This document shows, piece by piece, positions 45,825 to 60,506 of a DNA stretch of 64,000 bases. Origin of the DNA: the human T2T-CHM13v2.0 reference genome, Homo sapiens; the NCBI RefSeq assembly GCF_009914755.1, contig NC_060926.1, one strand, 5' to 3'. The translations under genes and the position numbers were made by a program. Each line of letters opens with the position of its first letter. Positions within the stretch are counted from its first letter, which is position 1. The notes below the pieces were generated by a model that saw only the letters and a list, made by a program, of their open reading frames with translations, had not been told where the DNA came from and ran no database searches.

Positions 45825-47666
45825 CTAGCAAAAACAGAGAAAGCAGAAACAGTTTAGAAGAAGAGACTCCAGGGACAAACTGCCATAAATTATTTTATGC
45901 TGTCCCTTCACGTTTGTCTAGAATGTTTGAAATGGCTCATTTTGTTATGATACATTGCCTGAGATGTCATCAATTAGAGATCTGAGTTAACAAGTATTAT
46001 GTGTTAAAAAAAAATCTACCTCCAGGGGGATCACTAGACTATGAAAAATACAATCAGATTGCTTTCCACTCTAACATCTATCAAAGAACCACAGAGAGGA
46101 AAAAATGGTTGATAGAGGCTAAATAATTTGGGAGCACTTTAGAACAACCTGGAAAGGTAATGTGTGCCCTTAGGACTTACATGACTTCCTAAAAACTTTT
46201 GGAAAATAAATACCAATTTTTCTAAATGGCCAAGGGTGGGCATGAAGGACACACTGAACAAGCCGATAATTAATAGGTCTCATCAACCAGTAACCTGATC
46301 TGTAAACACTTTGATGCTCCTGTAAAACTTACGGGATGGGACCCTCTGGCTTTAAAGAACTTCTGAGTTCATTAGTTTTCTTGGTACACCTAGGTGCATG
46401 GTTTGCCACTCTGAACTGTAGCAGCTGTGAGAGTATTCTGCATAAGGGACTACTGTAAAGGCCACTGGACTACATGAGAGAGCTGGAAAGATCAGAAATG
46501 TCAGTGGGCACTTGCTTTCCAGAGGATGTGTCTAAAGCCCACAGATACTAAAAGTTGGCATGCTCAGCCTCACAAAACTCCTGCTGCCTATGTATCTCTG
46601 TTCCCACCAACCTTAAAAATTCCTCTACCGACAAGCGAAGAAGCAATTTTAAAAAACTTTTGTTCCCGATAACCACTAGAGTCTGCCATTTTGTTCCCAG
46701 ACCCCCTCCAAGGACTAATCTCCAGCTTGAAGGAAAAAAGGAGATTATAGATCTCAAAAAGTCACACAGCAAATAATCTTCAGGAGCACATAATCCAACT
46801 CTCTGGACTAGGGGCTGAGAGCCACAGAGTCAGTTATTCCCATCATTAATCTGCTAAATGGCCACTGTGCTACTCAAACTGAGCATCAATACACCAAGTT
46901 AGAAGGCCACTGAAACTCATTTGATCTTTGATGGCTGCATTGGTGGTTGTGTTGGATGAAAGACAGCAGCCACTGTAACTGAGCAAGTCCAGAGGTCCCC
47001 AAATTCACTAGGGACACAAATCACTCACATCTCACAGCTTAATCACCTAATCTCAAACATAGGAGGCCAGGAAAGATGAAATTAGTAAAAAGAAAGCAGG
47101 GGCGAAAACCAATTCCTTTCTGTTCAATTTTGCCTAAAATCATTTCCATCCTAGGAAGAAGGAAGAAAGCTATTCTTCTTCCTTCTCCCTCCATATCTCA
47201 GGCCTCCTGCTCCTAGGAAAGAACAATTCAGTTCCATATGGGGTGAGTGAGCTTTGGTGGAAGAACCTGAACATCTAAACACTACAATAGAGTTTCCAGG
47301 AAAATGTGCTCCTAGACATAAACAGAAAACTGACAAAGCGATACTGGGGAAACCTGTGTGGAAACTGAGAATGTGCTGTCCATGTATGGGGACAGGGTGG
47401 GAGGTGGGAAGATGGAAAGCCTCACGATGGAAGCCAATAGATCCAAGAGGAATTTAAACATCCAACCCAGAGACCGGCGAGCTACATTCAAAACGTTTCC
47501 AATTCAGTTGAAGCTGGAGATCAGGAGGCAGCAAAGCTCTTGGCCTGCCAAGCAGACCAGACAGGGCACAGATGATTATAATTATGAAAACATGTCTAGA
47601 AAACCAGGGACAGCATGAACCAGGACGGACAACAGGAGAAGCTGAGGTGTGGCTGAACGGTACTGG

Positions 47667-48158
47667 TGTCAGAGGCGTTCGAACCAGAGCAACTCCATCT
47701 TGAGTGAGGGCTAGGAAAATGAGGCTGAGACTTGCTGGGCTGCATTCTCAGAAAGTGAGGCATTCCTAGCCTCTAGATGTTTATGGTTAAGGGAACAAAT
47801 TAATCATGTTTACTAAACAGACCCAGACTTGGGAGTGTCCAGATATCCCGATATCTGGAGAACAAAGGCATTCCCAATTTTTCTTTGAAGATAATAATAT
47901 TGATTCTTGCAAAATATAGCAATTGAGAAAATTAATCCTTTATCACAAACCCTTGTAACAGAGCCCATCTCCCCATATATACCAGCATTGTAGCTAGGGA
48001 ACCTCCTACTCTGTCTGTGGAGTAGCTGTCCTTTCACCACTGTACTTTCTTAATAAATTTGCTTTTACTCTGCACTGTGGACTCGCCCTGAATTCTTTCT
48101 TGTGGGAGATCCAAGAACCCTCTGTTGGTGTCTGGATCAGGACCCCTGTCCTGTAACA
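47667..48158 (+). mobile_element. LTR15 solo LTR (ERV1, MER41-related ends), 492 bp
   Basis: 'tgtcagaggcgttcgaaccagagcaactccatcttgagtgagggctaggaaaatgaggctg...aataaa...ggacccctgtcctgtaaca'; TSD ctgg/ctcg. Confidence 0.88.
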
Positions 48159-48339
48159 CTCGTACTCAACAGAAAGACGAAGGAGTCCGACAGAGACAGT
48201 CAAGTACCTGCATCGTTTCTCTACCTTACAAAGATTGCTCCCCTGTAACCTCTCCACCTCCTTCCACAAAACGATTTGACCTGAGGCATATCCTCCACTT
48301 TTTCTGATAAAGACAAACAAGGAAGGTGATAAAGGAACC

Positions 48340-48465
48340 AGTGGCTGTCAATTTTTAGAGTGTCACTGAGCACTTGGAGAGCTTGTTTAAAATTAAGAAC
48401 GCCAGGCCCTGTCCCAAGAGATTCTGTGATACAAGCAGTTCTGGATCACACTTTGGCAAACACTG
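48340..48465. mobile_element. MER5-like hAT fragment
   Basis: 'cagtggctgtcaatttttagagtg...cacttggagagcttgtttaaa...ggatcacactttggcaaacactg'. Confidence 0.65.
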
Positions 48466-49234
48466 AACTGCGGTGAGGGCAGTAAAAAGGGTAATATGCT
48501 AGCTGGCATAGCAGCCCTACATTCATTCTGGCAGCGTAAAAGGTACACCGCACTTAGCAGTCCTCAGAGAGGTTTTGGGAAAGTTCTTTACACTCCTGTC
48601 CCACAGTACATTTTTGGGAGATTTAGGATGGCAGCTTAGATTAGTCTTGTATCAGGGAAGCCACCCTGGAGTTTGGTTAGTCCCAGACTTAACCAGTGCC
48701 CCTCTACACCCAGCCTTGAGTATGTAAGAAAAAAATGACTTGTCTTATTAAAAACTTTCAGTTTAAAAAAACTATAACAGTCTCATGAGCTAACATGTTC
48801 TGACAATTTTGCTTTTGCTCGTATAAGTTTTTCTCCCAGGTACCTTCATTTTATATGAAGGACAGCTCCAGTGATAAGAAAGGCCAGCTGGCAGGCTGCT
48901 CATCAAAACTCACCAGCAATAAAAGCTTAGCAGTCACCTAGGAACCAGCCGCCTCCTCTCTACCAATCAACGCACCACCACAGCAGTTTCCTCGGAGCTC
49001 AGGTACTCTTTGAAAGTGGAAAAAATAAAGGGTTTCCTAAATATCCCTGAAAAAAGACACCAAGTGCTTCCAACAGTGAGAAGTGGTGGTCTGAAAGGGA
49101 AGACTCGATTCAACTTTTTTAGTCCTAAAAGTAAGGAACTATTGCCCAAAAGGCATGAATAGTGGCAGAAGTCCAGAAGTGCCCTGGAGTCTTAAGCCGA
49201 GACTAAAGGTAGTTTGGTGGAGAAACTCTGAGCA

Positions 49235-49416
49235 CTCCTAAGTTCTTGTCTGGGGTGCTCAGTCCCTGTAGGATCTCGGGCAAATCACTTAACCTCTCAG
49301 GCTCATTTTTACAAACCTGTGAAATGAGGGAACTCTTCCCTCCCATCCTTCCTCACAGGAAATGTTAAGGCTTACATGTCAGGAAACGTGTGACAACTTT
49401 CCATAAAATGTTGGTC
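49235..49416 (+). mobile_element. MIR
   Basis: 'ctgtaggatctcgggcaaatcacttaacctctcaggctcattttt...cctgtgaaatgagg'. Confidence 0.7.
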
Positions 49417-49438
49417 AATAAACAAATACTTTTACGTA

Positions 49439-50314
<876 letters not shown>

Positions 50315-50516
50315 AATAAACAAATATTTTATCATCATGAATGTTACTCCTTTAAACTTTTAAAAACTGAAAGAGCAAGTAGTTGTTCTACTTATTAATG
50401 ACTTATCAATCTTTAAATTACTCCCCTAGAGAAATCTGTTAATGTCAATGACATTGATCAGAATTTAATAATCAAGTAAGAAAGGGGTATTTGTGTTTAA
50501 GGAATATAATTTATTT

Positions 50517-50824
50517 TTCTTTCTTTTTTTTATTTTTATTTTTAGAGACAGGTTCTCACTCTGTCACCTAGGTTGGAGTGCAGTGGCAAGATCATAGCTC
50601 ACAGTTCACTGTCATCTTGAACTTCTGGCTCAAGTATCCTCCTGCTTCAGCCTCCCAAGTAGCTGAGACTACAAGAGTACAACACCATGCACGGCTAATT
50701 TTTTAATGTTTTTGTAAAGACGGGGTCTCGCTATGTTGCCCAGGCTGGTCTTGAACTCCTGGCCTCAAGCAATCCTCCTACTTCAAAGCTCTGGGTTTAT
50801 AAGCATCAGCCACTGCACCTGGTC
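50517..50824 (-). mobile_element. AluJ
   Basis: Antisense Alu with 'gatcatagctcac', 'gtctcgctatgttgccc', 'ggcctcaagcaatcctcc'. Confidence 0.9.
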
Positions 50825-51109
50825 AGGAATCTAAATTTCAAATGTCATCTTCTTTTTACCATATATTTTTTCTAAAACAATGAACAGGAGTCACTATGAG
50901 GAAGCACAATATTTTTAATCACTACACTTTCTCCATAGGATAATCATACAAAGAAATGGCTGTTCCTCCCATTTACTGATGACAGAGAATGTGATTATCA
51001 GGAACTAGAAAGAAAAAACAAAGCAAACTTGTAAATGTAGCATCTTGCCAAGAGACTGAACATAAAGCCATCCATCAATGTGCCCTTCCGTCAATCAGTA
51101 TCTTTATAC

Positions 51110-51790
51110 TACAGATTCCCTTACCAACCTCATCCAAGTTAACCTTCACTAACCAACCACCCAAATAGCCAATGCTCTACATTTCCTCCATAAGATATGC
51201 TGAGTGATGCCCACTGGACCTCCTGGGAGCGGCTCTGCAGACTGCCTGTGCACCTCTGTACCTATCAGCTGGGTTGGCTGCCCCCAAAAGCCAACTGTAT
51301 TTGTTAACAAACCTCTTTATGCCAGCTCTACTTGTTATTGTAATTATATAATTATGTAACATAATTAATATTATGTAATTTAATTGTATAATTTAATATT
51401 ATGTAAACCACAGAAAATTTGAGAGGAAAAGAAAAAGTGATTATATCTATGGAAACCAAGTTAGATGCTCTGGAAAGGTTTAGTAAAAGGCGGGTAACTA
51501 AAAATACTTCTGTCAAATTCAGAATGGCTAGAGGATTGGGAGAAATCTTAAAATTCTAGAAGAAATCTTATCTCAGATTGCTTCCCAAGAGCCTTTAAGT
51601 CCTTTTACTAATGATGAAAGCACGGAGGAAGGCTTATGGGTATGGCTTCTGCAAGAAAGCCCAGAGGAACTCAAATTAGCAGATGCAGACTCAAAGAGAA
51701 GACCTCAGTTTTATATCAAAAGATTGGTAAGTGTGCATAAGGAATAATTCAATCACCTTTCATGATTCTCTGCTTTAACTGGTTACATTT
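51110..51790 (+). mobile_element. TcMar-Tigger fossil (Tigger15a-like)
   Basis: Degenerate pogo/CENP-B HTH coding remnant 'aagaaaaagtgattatatctatggaaaccaagttagatgctctggaaagg' (ISMETKLDALER) and 'ttatgggtatggctt...ctcaaagagaagacc'. Confidence 0.6.
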
Positions 51791-52069
51791 AAAGATCCCT
51801 ATAAGAAAACATTTAAAGGTTTTTTTTTTTGTTGCTTTCATTCCAAAACTACAAGTCCCAGAAACCAGAAAGGACTCTATCTCTTAAAAACAAACTCCTT
51901 CCAACACCTGAAGATTTTTTCAGAAAAATGTTCAACATTTTCAATAGTATGCAAGAACTATCTAAAGGAATAATTGCAGAAAAAAAGAAATTTTACTTCT
52001 ATATTTGGTAAATATATAAATAGCAGGACAAACAAAAGAAATGGAATGTAACATAGAAAAAGACAAAGG

Positions 52070-52546
<477 letters not shown>

Positions 52547-52579
52547 CTACTGACATGGGAAATTGCTCATAGCATAATT

Positions 52580-52770
52580 TTTAGATAGTTTATTCATATT
52601 TTTAGAAAAAGTAACATATGCACATGGTACAACATTCAAAGGCAATAAGATGGTAAATATTGAAAAGTCTCCCTTACACCCTTTTCTGTCAGCCACCCAT
52701 TCCTCTCCCCAGAAGCAACTACTGTTAACAGACTCTTCTGTTTCCTTCTAGGGGCAGTCCATGTATACAA
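52580..52770 (-). mobile_element. Old L1ME fragment
   Basis: 'aaagtaacatatgcacatggtacaacattcaaa...ccccagaagcaactactgttaaca'. Confidence 0.6.
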
Positions 52771-52789
52771 GCAGGTGGGTATGAAAATA

Positions 52790-53122
52790 ATATAGGATAC
52801 AAATGTATCCTATATAAATAATGTAGGATACAAAGATATATATGTGCATATATATATAAATATATCTAGATAGATACATGGATACACAGAGAAAGACATA
52901 TCTATATATAATCTAATATCTAATATACATCTAATAAAATATAGGTATTACATATCTAATATATATCTATATATAGGTATATCTAATATATGTAATATAG
53001 ATCTATAGATATAGATAGCTATATATTATATATTTATATATTAATGATATATAGGTATTATACATATCTAATATATATAAAATCAGGCCTCAAAATTCAG
53101 TTGTAATACACACACACACACA
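52790..53122. repeat. AT-rich (TA)n-like low-complexity tract plus (CA)n
   Basis: Visible 'tatatatctaatata' type repeats. Confidence 0.85.
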
Positions 53123-53685
53123 AAGGAAAAAAGGACAACAGTAAGTTTGTCAAATATTAGCAGTTGCTATCACTGGGAGGTAGCATTTCAGTGATTTTTA
53201 TTTTTTCTTTATGCCTTTTCATATTTTCCAGATTCTATGTAGTAATCAAATATTGCTACAGTCAGAAAATATTTTAGACATCAGTGGTTCAGTAGTTCAG
53301 TTAAATACAAATCTACAAGTGAAGAGTGTCACATATTTAGATGCCTATAATTTCTCAGAATTAGATATATATTTTTATATATATAAATTTGTTGTTTTTG
53401 GTAAAAAAAAAAAATGTTCTGTGTGTAGAACATTCAAGATACATTTTAAAGTCCTACCCAGAAAGACAAATCTGGAAATATTATAATGTATTTTTAATGT
53501 ATTTGTAAATGTGCATATAATTATATAATCAATATAAAATGCCATACACAAATGTTAAATTATTGATCTTATTATAGATGTGCAGATGCGAGGTAATTAC
53601 AAAAATTTAACTTTAATATTGCCATCCTTCTCAGTATGTAATCAGCCTTTGTGTGCTGCTGTTCATATTCTAAGGCATGGTTTAA

Positions 53686-53998
<313 letters not shown>

Positions 53999-56900
53999 AG
54001 GAACTTTTCTTAGAAAGACAGGTAAATTGGTAATAAAACATCTAGAAAGCCTTAGGCAGCATTCTCAGGGCATTCAGTTCATCTACCCATCAGGCAGTCC
54101 CATGTTTCCACATTCCAGGACTCTGCTAGGTAAAGGGGATACAAAGATGAAGGAGGCAAAGTGACTACCTCAAGCAGCTCTCAAAGCAGGCACTATAAAA
54201 ACTACTGCCAGCATTAAGGACAGTAACCAGTTTTCCTCAGAAGAACTGACACAACTCCACTCAGATCAAGACCGGAAGTATGGCCTTGCTCTTATCCAAA
54301 GGCCCCACACAGGCCTCTGTGGGATGGCAGGCCTCCAGCCCAGCCTCTAGCAGGACCAAGTGCCCAACTCAAGCTGGCTTCCCTCCCTCAGCCTCATGAG
54401 CCCCTGAAAGGCAGGCTAGAGTGGTTAATGAGGTCCCATTTGTCCTTGAGCTAAGAAACATGAGTCCCTCAGTGTGAAAGGGAAAGGAAGGGGAGAGACG
54501 GACAGTCAAGACCTGAACAGCCATCCCCTCCCCTTTCACAGCGTACACCTGTGACTCCCCAACTCCTGATTGCTGTAACCAATCCAGTTGGGGGGCACTG
54601 GAAGGTCTCAGCCCACTCTTCCAAAACTACCTCACAATTCCACAGGTACCACCATTTCTGAGAAATGAATTTCAACCTAAGTCATTTGCATAGCACGATG
54701 TAGGAATGGGATAAATAATGGTGCTACTTCGCAGACAGCAAGTCAAATCACAGGTCCCTGGAGAGTATTTCTATTAAACACAAAGCTGGCCAGATGACAG
54801 GTCCAATCAGTTGTGGCAATTCCATCTTCCTGTTGCCATGCCCTTTTTAAAAACTGGCATACCACACACACAATGTGGTAATCTGTGTGGGAATTCAACA
54901 GTAAAGAACAGGGGCTGGGGGAACAGGGAACAGCAAAGGAAAAAGGGCCCCGCAGGACCTCGAACCTCATACTTTGTTTTGCTCAAGTTCAGATTTTGCT
55001 TCTTAGCCAGGGAAGCTTAGAAACCCCATGAGTTGCCACATTCTGAGTAGACCCCTCTCAAGGGCAAGCTCACTTTAGTGAAACTCATAAGATCTACATG
55101 TGAGTGGGCGTGTGGATGTGTGTGTGTGTGATCACACATACCCAAACACAAAGAATGCTAATGTATTCATTGACAGGGAAAACTGCTTCCTGTAAGCTCA
55201 TCATGTGGAAGTCAAATAATAGAGTGACAGAGGAAACCTGCAATGTCTGCCTATTCAAATCTATTCCCTCTTACGAAATCACAAAATTTTACCTCTGGGA
55301 ACCATTCATCACCCATGATGAGAACTTATAATTTAGATGGTTGGGTGGGCACATGTCCCAGGACTGGCCAGTCTCAGGGCTGAAACTCCTCAGTAATTAG
55401 TCAGATTGCTAAAGGGTAAGGATATGAGCTGGAACACACTGAGGGCCATATCAAAGAGAGAGCATTGACTGAAAACAAAGCCCAACGGGAGAGCAGAAGG
55501 AAGAAATGGAGACAGCCACAGCCCAACAACATCACTATCTCTTGCAAACAAAAAGTCCTGATTAATAGATGAGAGTTTTGATAGGGAAAATGGAACTGGC
55601 TAAGGAGAGTTTGTAATATGATTTGAATATTTAATAAGCATTAGTTGAAAGCATTTACACAAGGGCACGCCAGGGATCATCCTTAGGCATCTTGCTCTGA
55701 CACCTAACCAAGCACACCTGCCACTAACACAGTCTCTCTGAAACCATGCTCTTACATTCAATCCGTTCTGGCAGGACTGCAAGTCATTCTGTCTCTGCTC
55801 CATTATACAATAACTTTAAAAGTTAACTCTCAGAAAGCAATCACATTTCCCCTGTTCCCAAGTTCTTAAGAGGATGCATCACTTGGTCCCAAGTACTGAG
55901 AGTAATTGAAAACCACTTAATAGATTATAAAATTCTATGTTGCCCAAGAGAACTCAATTCCTCCAAATTAAATGCAATGAATTCATTCCAGTGAATTCTG
56001 GCATCAAAAAATCACTTACAGTAGCAAAATGACACACTGAATAGTTTCCAAGTATATATCTTTGACTATATCTTTGATGACATTTTCAATTATGGAGAAC
56101 ACATCACTCATACTTTAATAAAGGTGAGTTCTTTAAACCCACATTATTTCGAACACAAGGAGTTGTTTATGCTCACCACGATAAGAAATTCAGAGGACAA
56201 AAGTGCATGTTTGCAAATTTATCTCCTATTACAGCTACCTTTTATGCAAATGAAGGTTTCTTCCTTATAGGCACAAATCCTGTCTGTGGTTAGATTCTTT
56301 GAGGACCTCCCCTTAGTGCCACTTCCCAGCTTCTTGTCTTAATTAACCCAAGCCACAAAGAGAAGCAAGTAGTTCTCTCCCCAAACCTTTGTCATCACTT
56401 GTTTACACGTCTCCCCTACTAGACTTCAGATGATTTCATGACTAGTCTAGCACAGTGTCTAGCAGATGCTCTGTAAACATTAGTCGAATGGATTTAATTA
56501 ACTAAACTTGTCAGAATTTTACCAGAATATCTGGCTTGTGGCTTTTATGTCATTGTTTGGTTTCAAGCATCAAGGAAGGTATTGGAGAGAAGTCTTAGAA
56601 ATCTGGTGTGTGACTTCCCTTTAAGAAACAGTTTATGGTGCACAAGTTTTTAACCTTTGCAAAATGTATCCTGCAACCCTGGCTACAACTATCTGGATCA
56701 GGGGTTGGTGCTTGACCTACCTAAAGGTTTCAGCTCTGGACTGGGTATGAGAAAGACCATTGGCTTTCAAGGTGGTCAGGCATGACAGCTCAACCGCATA
56801 GGTGATAAACTGTACTGAACAGTGATTAGGCAACACAACAAGATTCTTCTGCAGTGCATTTGAATGCAACTCGTACAGAGAGACCTGTCATATAGGAGAA

Positions 56901-57677
56901 GGACAGCAAAAAAAAAAAAAAAGAGAGAAAGTAAAAACTGAAATTCTAAAGCAGGAGAGGCCAAGAATAAGCAAAAGCTATGAGGACACTAGGGAGAAAG
57001 GAGCATATACAACTGCAGAGAAAGAGGAGAAGGAAAAGACACAGAAAGAAGCTGAAGTAAGCATCGGGAAAGTATGACAGCCACTGTTATGTGACCTGAA
57101 ACTTCCTCTACAATACAGTATGAAGACTCAGTTAATAAAAGGGCCACATTAAGAGATGGCTACTATCTCTTAAAGTTTTCAGCTATCTTTACCTCTAGTA
57201 AAGAGCTGAGGTTCTCAGTTATCAAAATGGATATCAGAAATGTAGAAATGGGTTTTTACTGTTAAAATCTAAGATGTTCAAGACTTGTGAATTGACTAGA
57301 AATACTTCAGGGGCACCCCAGCATTCCATGATGGGCTATAACCTAGCATGTTCAGAAGGCTGGACTCAAGAACAGGACCCTAGGAGGGATACTGCACTCA
57401 GGCACAATTCAGATGGAAGATTCTGGCTGTCCAAGGCCAACTGTAAGTTTAACTGAATCCTGCCTTTATAATATAAAAACTTTATATTTGCCCCAAGTGA
57501 ACCTCTTAAACAATGCAAGGAACACCTAAAAGGGCAAAGTCATAGACTCTATCAAACTTACAAAATAGGTTGTAGGTGTACTTTTGTGTCCTCTTACAAA
57601 TAAAGATTTGCTTTCATGTCTGAGGGTGGGGGCATTGATAGGAGACTACAGTTTTCACCTACCTCTAACTAGTGGTG

Positions 57678-57960
57678 TGTATTAGTTGTGGATATAGATT
57701 CAGGTGCCACCACACAGAAACCAAGAAGTAAGGTGGCCTGAACAGGAGCAATATTTATGTTTCACATTTAACAGTCAAGAGATAAGCAATACACAGGAAG
57801 GGCTTCCACTTCTACTTCCAGGTGGCTGTTTGAAGTCTCACCATCTCCCAGTCAGCAGGAAGGAAGAAAGAGAAATGGCTAGATTTTCCCCCATTGGCTA
57901 GATTTCGTCACATGATCATATCCAGCTTCACAGTCAGTGAGGAAACTCATCTCTATACCA
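57678..57960 (-). mobile_element. Old MLT1 (MaLR) LTR fragment
   Basis: 'tgtattagtt...ggcctgaacagg...ccattggctagatttcgtcacatg...ccagct'. Confidence 0.5.
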
Positions 57961-58134
57961 GCAACTGAGGGGCAACTGAGTGGAATCATATTGTAAGACA
58001 TCACTTGGGGGACCTCTTCTCTGGGCAACTCTCATCACCTGAGGGAATTCGAGTGAGGTCTTCTTCATAGCCTGGATGATTTTAATCCAAATGCAACTCA
58101 TTGCTTAAGTAACACCAGTAAGAAATCCACTATG

Positions 58135-58538
<404 letters not shown>

Positions 58539-58736
58539 CTATTATATTAAACAAAAGCTGGATGACTTGAGGATAAACTACATCCTTGCTCCCAGCCTTC
58601 AGTCACTTTAATTAGAAATTCCTGAGTCACATGGGAAAGGTAGCTGCCCCATTCTACTTTGAAAAACCCCAAAACAGGTCATTGTAATAAGTAAAGCCAC
58701 TGATTAAAAGCTAAAATGTTTGTCAGTCTTCTGAAC

Positions 58737-59152
58737 TGTTACTTTACTGGGACTGCCATAAGAAATACCACAGCCTGGGTGGCTTAAACAACAGAAACGT
58801 ATTTTCCCACAGTTCTGGAGGCTGGAAGCCCACAGTCAAGGTGTTGGCAGGGTTGGTTCCTTCTTGGGGCTGTGAGGGAAGAATCTGTTCTACCCTCACC
58901 TTGGCTTATAGGTGGCGGTCTTTCTCCTATGCCTCCTCACATAGTCTTCCCTCTGTGCGTGTCTTTCTGCCCATATTTCCCCTTTTTATAAGGACACCAG
59001 TTATACTGGATTAGGGCCCACCCTAATGACCTCCTTTTAGCTTAATTACCTCTTTAACGAACCTATCTCCAGTTAAGGTCACATTCCAAGGTACAAGGGG
59101 TTGGCACTTCAACACATGAACTTTGCGGGGGACACAATCCAACCCCACAAAC
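58737..59152 (-). mobile_element. MLT1A/B/C-type MaLR LTR
   Basis: 'gactgccataagaaataccacagcctgggtggcttaaacaacagaaa...cacagttctggaggctggaag...ggattagggcccaccctaatgacc...gacacaatccaaccc'. Confidence 0.9.
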
Positions 59153-59224
59153 TTAGAAACCCTTTACATCTCAGACCAAATAGTAGGTACTCACTATGAT
59201 AGTCATTTTATCCTCTTAAAAGCC

Positions 59225-59625
59225 TTTTTATTGGAAAATATAACAGATTTGGAAAATGCTAAGACATCAATCTACAGCATAACAAATAATTATAAAGGAA
59301 ACACATGCATAACTGCAATCCAGGTCAAAAAATAGAGCACAGTCAGCAGTCTGGGACCCCTGTATGCGCTTTCCTGGTCACACTCCCCTCCCTCCTCCAG
59401 GAGGTCTCACTATCGTTACTTTAAGGAAAATGACTTCTTTTCTTTCCTTCATGGTTTTACCACTTTTAAATGTATCCCAAACATAATACAGTTTGGTTTT
59501 TGAACTGCATGTGAGTGAAACGATATTGTAATACATTATTTAGAGTCTTTTTTTTACTCAAGATATTTGTAAGATTCATCCATGTAATTACATTTTTAAA
59601 TGGTTTCAAAGAATATTCCATTAAC
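59225..59625 (-). mobile_element. Old L1M 3' fragment
   Basis: 'caatccaggtcaaaaaatagagcac...aagattcatccatgt' antisense L1M text. Confidence 0.65.
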
Positions 59626-59918
59626 CTAAATCCAACTTAGCTGGTCAACACTACATTTTCTGATATTTGCCAGTCTTGCTCTTTTTTTTTTTTTTAACAT
59701 CCCCACATCCTTCAATGTCTACATCAAAGTTATATCTACACATTGAAACTACTATGACTACAACTGACTTTATAGTTTTTATCTTACAAAATCACTTTTT
59801 GTTTAAAGCTCCTACATAGACAGATTATAATACAAGCAATTTTCTTCAGCAATGCCTCCACAGATATTTTCCCAGAAAAACTGAAAAAGAAATGATACTC
59901 ATAGCAAAGTATATTTAC

Positions 59919-60506
59919 CAATCGACCTGATATGTTTCAGGCAATGCTATAATATTCTAAACTGAACTGGCCCATAGACCCTTTCTCCCAAAGTGTGTAA
60001 ATGGCAAGGTAAAGGTGAAAGAGGGCATGATTCAGTGGTTGAAGGAGACAGGCATTTGCAGGGTCTGGCTGACAAGCTTCACTGATGAACACAGAATCTT
60101 CAATGTAACCTGCCAGACTGTGCTGACTTTAGAGGCTTGACCAATTCTTGTTGGAGTTTCAACAGAGAATATTTGCTTCTTGATCGATTCAACTTGAAGT
60201 TTCCTCAGTGCTCTGACCTTGCCTACACAGGCTGGAATTGGACACTAGTTTGGTTAACTTATCTACCATCCATATAAAGGTAGACTGACTGACTCTCTTT
60301 CACTTCATATTCTAAGCTTGGACTCTAATTCCTGCTTAGAAGTCTCCATCCAGACTTCATTTCCTAGTCCTGATGATCAGCTGTATTTTCTGATTGTAAT
60401 TTAAATACAAGTTCGAACAGTGATGTGACTCCTCTACGAAATGAATCACAGTTGGGAAGTTGTTTTCCCTGTCATTCCAGATATATCTCTATGAAGTAGA
60501 AATGAG
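59919..60506 (-). other. Candidate non-coding or decayed exon (588 nt)
   Basis: Acceptor 'ttcttaattttttttttacttag|' and donor TTG|GTAAAT around non-repetitive, GC-richer sequence; all three frames contain stops. Confidence 0.25.

Noticed and set aside
53578-53592. Possible 15-nt + strand microexon (tag|ATGTGCAGATGCGAG|gtaatt)
   Set aside because: Weak pyrimidine tract and opposite to the inferred host strand; expected by chance.
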